The notes under the pieces: model-generated
The model's input: only the letters and a program-made list of their open reading frames with translations
Told to the model about the DNA's origin: nothing
Databases searched by the model: none
Part shown: in pieces, positions 1 through 11,359 of the stretch
Numbering within the stretch: position 1 is the stretch's first letter
How the letters are laid out: each line of letters opens with the position of its first letter
Made by a program: the position numbers and the translations under genes
Assembly (NCBI GenBank): GCA_973895155.1
Contig: OZ316895.1
Location: 8,048,184 to 8,112,183, forward strand
Direction of reading: 5' to 3'
Source of the DNA: Marsupella aquatica
Taxonomy: Eukaryota; Plantae; Marchantiophyta
Length of the DNA: 64,000 bases

Positions 1-3000
1 AACACTCTGTATCTCGGAATTGATACCACTGGGAAGTTGCTCTTCAAAGGATGGGGGTGCAAAAACTGGGCTCAGTCTCAAGTTCAGTTTTTTGTAATCT
101 AATTTTGCCATTATCTTTGGAGCATCGTCTAGTGATTCTATCATTCCAACCTTTGGTCCATTTCTCCATATAAAATGAGTTGCAGGACGCACTGTTTTCA
201 TATATCCAGTCCTGCCGATCTCGGATCTAGAATTTTGTGAAAATGATAATACTACGGGGCTTCCTGTAGAAGCACTTGTAAAAACCAATTTAGTCTCTGA
301 TGAGCAATATAGAGGAGACAGGGGAGGATTTGAAGCACCTGCCTTCTCTTCTTCATTTGCAGCGGTCTCAGGTACTTGACGATCATCCTCCTTTGCAAGC
401 GCAATGTCTAACATTTCTCCCAATTCTACTGCGTCAATATTGCCTAGACCATCTGCGGTTGCCTTCCAATGTGCGTCCGATGTGGACGATGTAAGATCTG
501 GGTCCGATTGGTGCATCCAATTCTCTACACCGGCAAAGGGATTTCTTGGTGGGTCGCCCTCAGGTCGACCCACAACATCAGCCAACCCCACACCAAAGTA
601 GGGAATACCTACCACTTGTGTTCCACGTTCATCCAAATTTCGGGTGACCCTGTCGTCTGTGTCGTGACCCAATTCTCCTTCCTCAATATCATCTTCGCCC
701 TGGTCTATGCCTTCTTTGGCACCAACATGCTCGGAAACCCCATCGCGGGCTCTACCAAATTTGGAACCGCCCATCCGGTCACTCATTATGGAAGGAACTT
801 TCTCGCAGAGAACCCTTCCATATGCCTGAGTGAAATCATATTCATCCTCAGTGTCTGAATATGCAAAGCATTCTCTGAAACACAACAATGACACCTTCAT
901 AACCTGTCCTCCCGAGAAAAAGTCAAGTATAGTCTCCCCTTCAGCCGAAAAAAATTCAATAATACTCTGCAGCATACATTTTGGCTTAGCGTGAATATTC
1001 ACAAAGCCACCTCTACTTCCCACCATCTCAAACATGGGAGCCTTTCGTAAGAAATCTCCAATGTGAAATGCCGAAGTTGACTCAGTCTCTGTCTCCTTAC
1101 TTGTCTTACTCTTATTCTTATCTCGCTTCTCCGTCTTGTCTTCCACTTGGAAATCAGGGTCGATTGCCGAATTGTAAGAAAATTGGCAATTAAATCCAGG
1201 CCTGAACACTTGCTTCCAATCAAATTTCTTCTTAGTGGTGATTCCTGCAAAGATTATCTCCTCCATACCACAACTGAAAAGTAAGCCCTCTGGAACTGGT
1301 GTATCACTCCGTCGATAGCTCCCGTAGTCAACGTGGATGTCCATTCCCTTTTCATGTTGCAATTTCCTAAGGGCACTCAAAATGTTTGCAGCAAGTGGCC
1401 CCGGATGCACAGTCATGACAACAACAATTGTTGGATTTCTTGGAAGATCCACAATGTATTGTAGTAATGCAATAATTTCAGCATCGGTCCAAACATGTTG
1501 TCGGAGCCTACTGAAGTCAACAATGGCAAGAGGACACAAAGGCGAAGGCTCTTGTAGCATTTCCGGCACGGTCGTCTTCATCAAATTCTCACTAAAAAAT
1601 GTCAAGAAAGGCTCCATGCGAGAACGACCAATCCCACCAAATTCTTTACAATACAACCCATCTAGTCTGACCATCAGACTTTGTGGGAAACTCTCCTTGA
1701 CCACATTCTTCTTCAATGAATTGTTGAGGTAAACCTCACCCGCTGCTCTCCTCAATTTTGTCATCTCAAGCTCAGATTTCAAGGAAGGCAACAATATCAC
1801 CAGAGACTCCCAAGATGTGCCAACAGGAAACTTCTCACGATACTTTTCCACGAAATAGCCAATAATGACTGTTCTCAATTTGGACATTATCTTGATTGTA
1901 AGGGCCAAGTCTCCCATTGCGACAAGCTCTGATTTGTTGGTGATATCCTTCTTCAGCAAGACACGCTCCTCTTCAACGTCCTTCAAGATCTCAATTATCT
2001 GTTTGCTACTAATCTCTCCTTCAATGCATCGAAAGGTACCGGGAGTGATCAATTTTGGGGGTCTTGGCCCTCCATACCCACCAGCCCCGTCTTGGAGCTT
2101 CCCACTCAACCATTTTGCACACACGTTCCGCCATAATTCAAAGAGCTCATCTTTGGCAAAAAGTAACCAATAAATGCTCTTTAGGCTTGACTTCCCCATT
2201 GCATTGTAACCTTTGCCAGGGCAAACCAATCCTGCATATCCAATGGACTTGACATTAGTTTCAGGGTACAATGCATATGTTAGAAAATTTATACCTATGT
2301 TTGAAACAGGCTAAGCCGCCTCGCCCCAAAGGCATGGCAAACCTCTACATCTAACCGCAATTGACTGAAACGGAACTAGGGAATTATTCTTAGAGAGACT
2401 AGTCTAGGTTGCCTCGCCTTGAGGGTGAGGCAAACATTTGCTTTAATCTTCTAACCAAGGAAAACAAGAAAAGGCAGCCTCGCCCTTGGGGCGAGGCAAA
2501 CCTCTACCATTGACAATCTTTAAACAAAGCGGATCAAGAATAGTTTGCGTTGCTCCAACATGTACCTGATAGTTTTTCCTGTCTGTATTTTGATTGGTCC
2601 CAATCCCTGGACGCGACGGTTTCCCGCACTCCTCAAACTGCCTTCGTGCATGAACAATAGTCTCTAAAAAACAAGACTTAAATTGCATAGTATCATTGAC
2701 AGCATTCGATAAACTTGAATGCTCAACCAAAATTGTCTTCGGAGTGAGGTCAGATAGGATCCTTGCTTTCCTATACTTTAGTTTGTTGGCAAGATCTGTC
2801 AGCTTGGCGTCAGTCTCGGCCCACCCTTGGATCCATTGGGCAGCTCTTGCAGAATGCTGGCCACTGATGGCAAGGAATTGGATCTCATGCTTCTTCACAC
2901 CAATCAAAAACTCTTTCCTATCCTGAGGTGTGTTGTCATAATGAAGCAACTGTTTAGTGCTCTCGCGATACGGAATCAAATCAGTAACTTGTGGTTCCTG

Positions 3001-4837
3001 TCCATGGTTTTTCATCATAGACTTTGATATCTCCATTGCATGCGAAAGATTGAACATTCGATATACAAAAACGGCCGATGGCGGATTAATACTTTTTACA
3101 GGAATATCAAAAACTTCGCGGATGCCAAAAGTATAATACTGCTCAATATTACGCAAAACCTCTTGGCCTTTGAGCACATCATCTTCTTTGGGTCCTTCTG
3201 TCGGACACATATCATCCTCTGGATGCAAGACAAAGTTTGAAGTCGACCCTGACATTGGTTTTGATTTCGCAACCTTTGCCTTCTTTGTCTGCTTTTTTTG
3301 GGGACCCTCATCATCTTCATTTTTTTTAGCCATCTTCTTACGGCATGAACTCCCAGATTGTTTCTCTTGTTGAACAACCGGCTCTTGAAGCTTTCGTTTC
3401 TTCTCTGTCTTTGATTGCGCACTTCTTTCCACTGTCTTCTTTCTCTCCTTTGCCTTATGCTTTGCTTCTTTTTTCTTCATCTCTGAAATCCACGTCCACC
3501 ACGCGGCCTCTTGAAACTCTGGACAAAAAATGAAACTCTTGTCGATTGCTTGCTCGTATGAAAAATGTGCCTTATCAATCATCCTTTGAACTATCCAAGT
3601 AGACAGAGGGTCCACACTATCCGCATTGTCATGCATGTGCTTCTTTACGTAGAGAAATCCAAACACTAGGTCAACTCCACTTATTTGAGAATGCATCTTC
3701 TCAAACATCTGATCAATTGCTACTCCATCTGGGAAGAATCCCATATCAGCTACGCTTATCTCCAATCGAGCCATCCACTCAACATTCAGTAAAGTCGAGT
3801 AGAGTTTTATTGGCACTAGAAGTCTCATCCACTGAGATTTCTCATTGGACTCAACAATAATTGTTGCATTGCGGTTGTTGTCCGTGTTCACAAGGACGAC
3901 TGGACCTAGAGTAACAATTGTCTTGCGGTCATTCAATTGACTTGTGAGGCCCTTGAAACAAATCAAGAGACTGCCTTCCGCCGACACTCCAACTTCTAGT
4001 GCCCATCTAAATCCTGGAGTATCTTGGTCAGGGAAAGCAAAGTCCTTGATATCCTCGTCCATAATATTTAACTCCGGCTTCTCAAGATTTTTTCCTGGTA
4101 AGAAACATTGAAAACAAAATGGTCAGCATCATATTTTTAACATTGACATGTGGAAAACTTTCAAGGTGCCTCGCCCTTGGGGCGAGGCGACAAATAGAAG
4201 ATTGCAAAATCTTCTTTGCTCCTAGTGCAATTAGCCCTGCCACCTCATCCAAGCAATCAAACATTATTTAGGAATGCAGACGACATCGCCTCGCCCCAAG
4301 GGCGAGGCAACTTCTAGGAAAGCAAACAACATTTAGGAATGCAGACAACATCGCCTCGCCCCAAGGGCGAGGCAACTTTTGGGAATGCAGACTACATTTG
4401 AGGAATGCAGACGACATCGCCTCGCCCCAAGAGCGAGGCAAAAAATAGAATATAGCTAAAGATCCTTTATTTATGTAAGATACAAGGTCCAATACGCCTT
4501 CGAAGCAATAAGAAATCTAGAATGAAGTAGACGTCGCCTCAACCTTGGGGCGAGGCGACTGCAAAGGAATATAGAAATTTTCCTAATAAGAAGTTTGAAA
4601 TCCAAATTAAAGTAAGAAATCCAAATCCCTTAGGGCGAGGCAAGAAGTTGAAGCAGGTGGTGCCTTACGTGGAAAAGTTAACTGGGCTTTCTTTGACGCC
4701 TCCAACGCATTGTTAACCAATTTTTGGACATCCGGGTCTTCAGGGTCATATTCATACAGAGAGTTATAATTGAAGTTCAATGACTCTTGAGAACTGGCGG
4801 AGGTGGTGGAAGCTTCAGAACTGGAGGAAGTAGACAT
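1..4837 (-). CDS. Large spliced transposon-associated protein: K/E-rich linker, ParB/Srx-like domain and beta-class N4/N6 DNA amino-methyltransferase-like fold; 3' end lies beyond the window
   Basis: Exon 1 4837-4669 (MSTSSSSE...QLTFP, donor GTAAG) splices in frame to exon 2 4094-2566 (acceptor TTCTTACCAG; includes ORF 2443..4062). Exon 2 contains FDIPVKSINPP..VYR..ISKSM..G..P..FLAISGQHSARAA (ParB-like). The minus frame 2310..1 has no stop for 770 codons (checked codon by codon). It contains PLAIVDFS (~1510-1533), HAKPKCMLQSIIEFFSAEGETILDFFSGG (~993-907) and VSLLCFRECFAYSD. The exon 2/3 junction is uncertain: in frame with an acceptor at 2311, or with a 1-nt frameshift if the branch-point-supported acceptor at 2232 is used. 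Confidence 0.75.
2310..2505. repeat. Palindromic GCCTCGCCC-nnn-GGGCGAGGC repeats in intron 2 of the ParB-MTase gene
   Basis: Copies at ~2318, ~2411 and ~2477, partly degenerate. Confidence 0.85.
4165..4645. repeat. Array of palindromic GCCTCGCCC-nnn-GGGCGAGGC repeats (~65 bp unit in the core) in intron 1 of the ParB-MTase gene
   Basis: Copies at ~4168, 4288, 4353, 4419 and 4536, plus a half copy at ~4630. The core unit also shares AGGAATGCAGAC. Further half-sites (GAGCGAGGC) occur at 4975-5050. Confidence 0.9.
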
Positions 4838-4839
4838 TG

Positions 4840-5520
4840 TAAGGGGCGAGTGAGATTTAAGATGACATGTGGCAGCAATGGAGAATGCCACAGGCTGCAA
4901 GAGGGCACTAACAGGCAAACAATGATCGAGGGAGCGACCCAAAAGGGAAGGGAGCAAGGCGGAAATAAAAGCCTTAGAGCGAGGCGGAAAAAAAATCCCA
5001 AGAGCGAGGCAAAAACAAAAGCCCTAGAGCGAGGCAAGAGGGAGGCAAGGAAATGAGGCCTCAAGCGCAAGGCCTGCCTTCCTATACCCCCTGCGAGTGA
5101 GGAGTCCGAGGAGGCAAGGATCCGAGAGGGTACGGAGGCATCAATGCGCGCCAATGATGGAGACCCTCCTCGGTGCATGTGATCGTGAGTCACCGATGGT
5201 GTGACCACTCACGACCACTCGCGACTCACCTACCAATTTTAAACTTCCGAGCTGTCAGCGGTGTGTGCTTGCAACTCACCTATCACTCGTGAGTGATTGG
5301 CTGACACCCTATCCGATGTCTACTTGTGTGCTGGGTGCGTGCCTCATCCACCCGTGCCCGATCTGTTGGTGTCCACTCGTGTGTTGGGTAATGTGTGGGC
5401 TTTTTGCCTCTCAAACTGAGTATAGACCTCCCACAATCCATTTTTTGGTTCATTGTCATTTAGACAGTGATTGGTACGATCACTGACTCTCCTCTGTCTG
5501 AGTGCCTTGTTTAGGTCCGC
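4840..5520. promoter_or_regulatory. Putative bidirectional promoter between the divergent element genes
   Basis: GC-richer interval between two head-to-head genes, with clustered GTGAGT/ACTCAC inverted motifs at ~5186-5296. Confidence 0.4.
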
Positions 5521-5964
5521 ATGGTTGAATGCAAGGTTTAGTAAGGGCACTGGTGAGCACTGTGGTGCTAAGAGTTACAATGCTGGCATCCAAGGTACCC
5601 ATTTAGCTTGTACAAGGGTGGGCAGAGATATATTGCGGAGCAGGTTAGTGATTTTATTTATTTATCTTAGAAGTACTAGCTCAACTACATCTAATTCAAT
5701 ACCTTTAAGCCAAACCTAGATTAAGATTTACACATTAGGTTCTAGATCATATATTTTACTCATTTCTAGACCTTTATCCACAGTCTAGCATGTGTAGAAC
5801 TTACTGTACCCCTTTATGTGATTACTAACATAGTTTCTAGAAGTGGGTCGAAATTATTTCGTGCCGACCTGACTATGTCATCTTAACTAGCATTTTAAAC
5901 TGGTATATAAAAGCATAAGCAAGATAGTTTCACAAATAGTTTTGACATAATTTCAACTTAATAG

Positions 5965-6365
5965 TTGGAGTAGGGTCGAAATAATTTCGACCCAACTTAT
6001 CAATGTTTAGTCAATTAAATCATTTTAAGACATATTGTTGGAGGAGGGTCGAAATAATTCCGACCCGACTTGTAAATGTTTAGTCAATTCAATCATTTTA
6101 AGACATATTGTTGGAGGAGGGTCGAAATAATTCCGACCCAACTTGTAAATATTTAGTCAATTCAATCATTTCAAGACATATTGTTGGAGGAGGGTCGAAA
6201 TAATTCCGACCCGACTTGTAAATATTTAGTCAATTCAATCATTTCAAGACATATTGTTGGAGGAGGGTCGAAATAATTCCGACCCGACTTGTAAATGTTT
6301 AGTCAATTCAATCATTTCAAGACATAATGTTGGAGGAGGGTCGAAATAATTCCGACCCGACTTGA
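5965..6365 (+). repeat. 73-bp tandem repeat x5.5, each unit with a GGGTCG-N9-CGACCC hairpin
   Basis: Units start at 5965, 6038, 6111, 6184, 6257 and 6330, with a degenerate copy at ~5845. The array lies between a candidate donor (CAG|GTTAGT ~5644) and acceptor (TACAG 6477) of the transposase gene. Confidence 0.95.
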
Positions 6366-6467
6366 ATGTATTTAGGGTTTTGAGTGATTTTACAATATTT
6401 TTTGGAGGAGAGTCCAGATTTTGAAACATGATTGTAACATGGGGAACTTAACAATTTCTAACTTTAT

Positions 6468-9400
6468 TTGAATACAGATAGTTTGATCAATTTTACACGA
6501 GGGGATGAAGTGTCATTGGTGATCGATGGATTTGAAACGGCAATTGGGATAGTTCAAAAGGTTGACCCCCAGGATACTATACAGAACATTTGTCTAGGGG
6601 ACAATCGAATTGGGGTATTGATCGAAAAGTGTTTTGATGGATCGCGTCAACTTCCATTTCCTTTGCCCAAATTTTCCACATTGGCTGAGGCAATTGACTC
6701 CTGCGTGATTTGGGATTGTGCATTGGCATACTTGAGGTCATCAACTCAGCGCCGAAGAATTAATGTCGATGATTTCTCTTTGGCTGGAGATGCTGGAAAT
6801 GATAAATCCAAAATTGATGCAAGGGTTGAAGAGGACGTGTTCAAGGAAGGAGATGAAGTTCAGATGTTCATTTTTGATCAATTGGTTGCAAATGGAGTCA
6901 TTTTCAAGACAAATACAATGGATATTTGTCATACTGAAACACTCGGGGTTGGTCGCATCAGTATAAGAATATCTGATATTGTTAAGGGAAATCAAAAATT
7001 GCCATACTCGCACCCTGGAGCTGATACAATAGAAGAGGCCTTGCATACCTGGGTTATCTGGGATGTTGCGCATGTTTCTAGAAAGGGCACTCTACGAGAT
7101 TTTGGCGTGTTTGGTAGTTCAAATATTTTCAATGATCTTCCATTAAAAGATTTTACACTACGTTCCAACTAGATGGCGGAGGAGGTTGATTTGTATGACG
7201 CTTCTCGTTGTCGAAAGGTTGCAACAGGTATTATCACGGTCCCATTTGAAATAGGTGCCGTTGACGATGAACTTCTTGGTGCAGATCATGTTGGTGTTGC
7301 TGTTGTGAATATCAATGAACCCGGATTATTTCCAAATATCCGTGTTGGTACCCCTGGCTTGGTGAGGTGGGAAATCAAATCCCTTCTATTGATTTTGTCT
7401 CAAAGGTTTCTTGGGGATATCCTTGAGGAAGTTTCAGAGAAGTGGATGGAGTCGGGTCAAACTAAGGGCGATCCGGATTCGGATGGTGATGGTAAACCTA
7501 CAAAAAGACCATACAATTTCATTAGGAGGACAAAAGTTGATCTTGAGGAGAGGAACAAAAGGCATTTGGAGTCGAGGGCACTTTTGAAAATTAACGAGGA
7601 GTCCATTGATTCCATCCAAAGAGAAGGTTGTTGCAAGCTGAAGTGTTGCTTGAACATGCCCAGGGAGGACTTAGAGGCAATGAGGAGGGAATACCATGGA
7701 ATGTCAAGTGACAACAAAACAAGTCACATCTTTAGTCTCTTTGGGTGTAGAGAGGAGCAAGTCAAGAGAAAGGGATTTTTTGTTCTAAAGGGACGTGTGG
7801 TTTGTAAAGATGCATTTATTAAAATGCATGGGTTCAGTACAACAAAGTACTATGACTACAAAAATCAATACGAAGCTGGTTGCACAATTGGTTTCCATGG
7901 AAATCAGAGACAACGGAAGACACGATCAAGCACTTTGCACGCTCGTGCCTTGTTGGAGTCCATTTTAATCCAAAATGGGGAACCAATGCCACATCTTCCC
8001 TATGGTGGGTCCAACGGCACTGACACTATTGAATATCGGCTCCCATCTTGTTTTACTAAGAATGAGATTTTCCAAGAGGTGTTTACCAAGATGGAATTAG
8101 ATGGGTTAATTTGCTAAGGTTACTGAAGTTACTATGTACAACATCTGGAAAAACTCATTTGATAATTTTGACTTTCACAAGGGAAGTGCATTTGCCAAGT
8201 GCATATTTTGCACTGAGTTCAAAGATCAATTGATGCGGGAGAAGAGAAAAAAAGAGCGTGCAGAGATTGAAGAGAAAAGAGCGCGACATCTTCGTGAACA
8301 AATGTCAAGAAGATATGTTTACTATGCTCATAGGGTTCTTGCAAAGAAGGATCCTCAAAACTATCTTTGCATTATTCACGATAAGATGGATCAAGCCAAG
8401 ACTTGGATCCCCAGGTTGGTCCCCACTCCAAAATCCCTCTCTGGTAGTGGTCAGCCTTTGCCTATTGCTCTTACTGGGATGTTAACCCATGGAAGAGATC
8501 CTGGAGTGTATGCACATTTCAGTTTGACTGGACTTTGGCCTGGAGATGCAGACTTTACCGTGACATCTTTGGCCAAATGCCTCCGAGATTTGGAAGATTA
8601 CACAGGAGACAAAACTGGAGACCTTCTTGAGGGATTGAATTGGAATGCAACTCGGCCAATATTTCAGTCCCTTCTAGACTTTGAAGCATTTCTGGCCGGT
8701 TACTTGGAACCCAAAAATGTTTCAATTGTTCGATTTCAAGGCATTGAAGATGGTCAGGAGACTAAAAAGTCAAGCACAGTGGATGTTGGTTCTAAGGATG
8801 ATCCTGAGACTACTAGGGGCTCTTTCAAGCCCTTACCAAGGCACCTAACGTTGCAGATGGACAATTCAGGGAAAGATAACAAAAATCAATATGTGATGGC
8901 ATTTTGCACTGAGCTTGTTAGCAGGGGGTGTTTGAAACTGTGCAAATGTCATTCCTCATGGTTGGCCACACCCATGAAGACGTGGGTGCATTATTTTCTC
9001 AAGTATCCAAACAGGTCAGATACAAAGAGGTTGCTACCCTCTTGGGGTTGATGGCTGAGGTTTGGGAGTGTGAAAGCATTCATCCTGTACCACGATTGAT
9101 TCAAGAGGTTGCATCTTACAAGGAGTATTTGAAAACTTTCCAGGTGAATTAAGAGATAGAAGGTCACTCAAAACCAGTGGCATTTCTTTTCTCCATGAGG
9201 GATAATGTGCCAGTGTATCAATATAAAGCACATGTCAAGCAACCTTGGCTTCCGGCAATGGGGAGGTCCATTTGGAGAACTGATCCCATCACAAATGCGC
9301 TCATTTTACCGGAAGGCCAACCATTTGCAAAACCTATATCTGGGGATGTACAAAAGAAGGCTGGAGAAATCATCCCATTCCTTAATCACTATATTGATTT

Positions 9401-10205
9401 CTTGAAGAAAAGTTGTAAGGATGAGACCTCTGCAGCATATAAAGAGAGATTTCCTCTAGTCAAATATTGGGAGAATCTTGTGCAAGCACTGTTCGAGGAA
9501 CTTACAATAGAAGGGGAGGGGGAAAGACATTTGCCATTGACAACTGATTTTTGGCCAAAGACTAACCATGGCACAGGTTACAAGATGATTTTGGGGACAT
9601 CTCAGCCGTCAAGTTAACCTTCTCAAAATCCAGAGATGATGGACCTTCAAAATGAGTACATGGAAGAGATGGAAGATCAAGCTGCACCCTTTGTTGGTGC
9701 ACGACAAGAGCGAGAACTTGCACGTTGGATTCCTCTACAAGATATTCAAGAAGGTCACTTTGTATTTTTACGTCCAGAGGATGAATGGGAACAGGAAAAT
9801 GGCAAAGGGCGTTTCTGGTTGGTTCGAGCTTTGGGTGGTGTGGATCCAAACCATGAGGTTCCCTCAACAGATTTGCAACATATTGAAGGGTCTTCTTCAA
9901 CGTCTGTTGAGAGCATTCCTCTTAGGAATGCTCCTATGTTCCAAGTACAATGGTGGAGGCCTAAACATGGTAAGCATGATGCAAAGGATGATGTTCGATA
10001 TGAACGTTGCTTTCAAACCACTAAGACTTGGGAGCTGGATCGTGGGTTTGACAATGTTACTCAAAGTTGGCAGTTTGCAAATTCTGCAATGTATGGGTTT
10101 AAGTCAGGTGCTAAAGAACAAAATATTATGGATAGAGGTTTGACAATTCCTAAGAATGTTTTGAAAACTCTCAAAATTTACATGGAAGGTATAATTGATG
10201 AGTAG
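6468..10205 (+). pseudogene. Decayed Sola-like/DUF7869-type DDD transposase with three N-terminal TNP1/En-Spm-like (SH3/Tudor-like) repeats and a C-terminal beta-barrel-like domain
   Basis: Six collinear ORF pieces. In-frame stops at 7170, 9150 and 9615; frameshifts near 8110 and 8930. Motifs: CCKLKC, VCKDAF..HG, FAKCIFC, CIIHDKMDQ, LTLQMDNSGKDNKN, FLMVGHTHEDVGALFS (third catalytic D appears mutated to G). N-terminal repeats: GDEV..(V)A.G....LG....V.I....LP...T..EA....VIWD x3. A probable decayed first exon lies at ~5521-5643. Confidence 0.8.
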
Positions 10206-10789
10206 ATTGATAGAACTCGTAGGTTACAAGTCTCCACTCAAATGACTTGTGATTAAGAGGGTCGAGTTGATTTCCATGCATTTGTCTAGAGAACAAGACA
10301 ATCAAATTAATACTCTATGATCTCTCAAAGCTATTGAATGGACTTTCTTATAATTATTATTTTATTTGTCTTAGTATATTTTAATTCTAGAAAATGATGC
10401 CATTTCATTCCTTCTAGTAGGTTGGATATCATCCTAGTTAACTTTGTCTAGACACTATAGTCATTCCATTGTATTGGTGCTTAGTTAGATATCTTACTCA
10501 AGCTAAATGTTTTGAATATAGATGCTATCCAAGCTTATATGTACGTTATTACTAGATTCTATCTATTTTCCAACCAAATGAACACTTTTATCACCCAAAT
10601 GTTTTTTAATATCATCCAATTTAATATTTTACTTTCCCAAAATTTCATTTTTTTGTCCCCAAATTTACATTTAATGATGCTTGAATTTTCATTTTTCATC
10701 TTCCAAATTTACAATTTTCATGCCTAAAACTATGTTTTTAAATCTCCAAATTTCCCTATATCCTTTATAATTTCAGTTTTAATGAATAT

Positions 10790-11359
10790 AGTGATAAAGG
10801 GGCCGCAGACCCAAAAAATGATGATCCCAATGATGAAGGGTCGGATGATGAGTTCACCATCCCAGGAGATGATCAGGGAGGACCTTCAGACGCGAAGGAT
10901 GAATTCGACCTGGAGTAAAGCACTTGGCCTTTGATGTAGAACTCCCTATTTGGTGTTTTTCTTTTGCTTATAGAATTTTTGGATGTGTAGTATTGATCCG
11001 ATTCTGGTGATTTCTTCAGTGATAGGCGTTCGGATTGGTTTTCGGAGGAGAGATTCCGTCTTCGGAAAAAAATCAAGAATCATTTTCTTGTGACCCCTGA
11101 GAAGGGATTTGCGCTTCCATGCTATGCTGAAAAGACTGCAAAGGAGGTTGATGAAGCGCCCGTCGTTTTGACTTGGGAGGGGAAAGGTCTGCGGTCAGTG
11201 AGGGGTGTTCGGAAAGCCCTTTACTGCCCTCAGTTCATAGATGATGAGGCTGGGACTGTAGCATAGTATGTTGACGGTTTGGCTGAGGAGACTGATAGGG
11301 AGTCCAGTAGCGATCCTAGTAATTCCTCAGATGATTTGGAATCAGAGGATTCTCAATGA
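10790..11359 (+). pseudogene. Degraded small acidic ORF, probably a third gene of the element
   Basis: Coding-like D/E-rich frame (DDPNDEGSDDEF...RFRLRKKIKNHF...SSDDLESEDSQ*) interrupted by several stops; GC content higher than the flanks. Confidence 0.4.

Noticed and set aside
300-2252. Short plus-strand ORFs listed in the ORF track
   Set aside because: They are antisense shadows of the long minus-strand exon.
4165-4645. CRISPR or REP-like array with variable spacers
   Set aside because: The spacers are related to each other (AGGAATGCAGAC), spacing is irregular, and the array is intronic, so it was kept as a palindromic repeat.
5965-6365. CRISPR array
   Set aside because: The repeats are palindromic, but the intervening sequences are near-identical rather than unique spacers. 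There are no cas genes and the context is eukaryotic.
6468-10205. Stop-codon readthrough or RNA editing of the transposase
   Set aside because: Two frameshifts accompany the stops and the locus is nuclear, so ordinary pseudogenisation is the simpler explanation.
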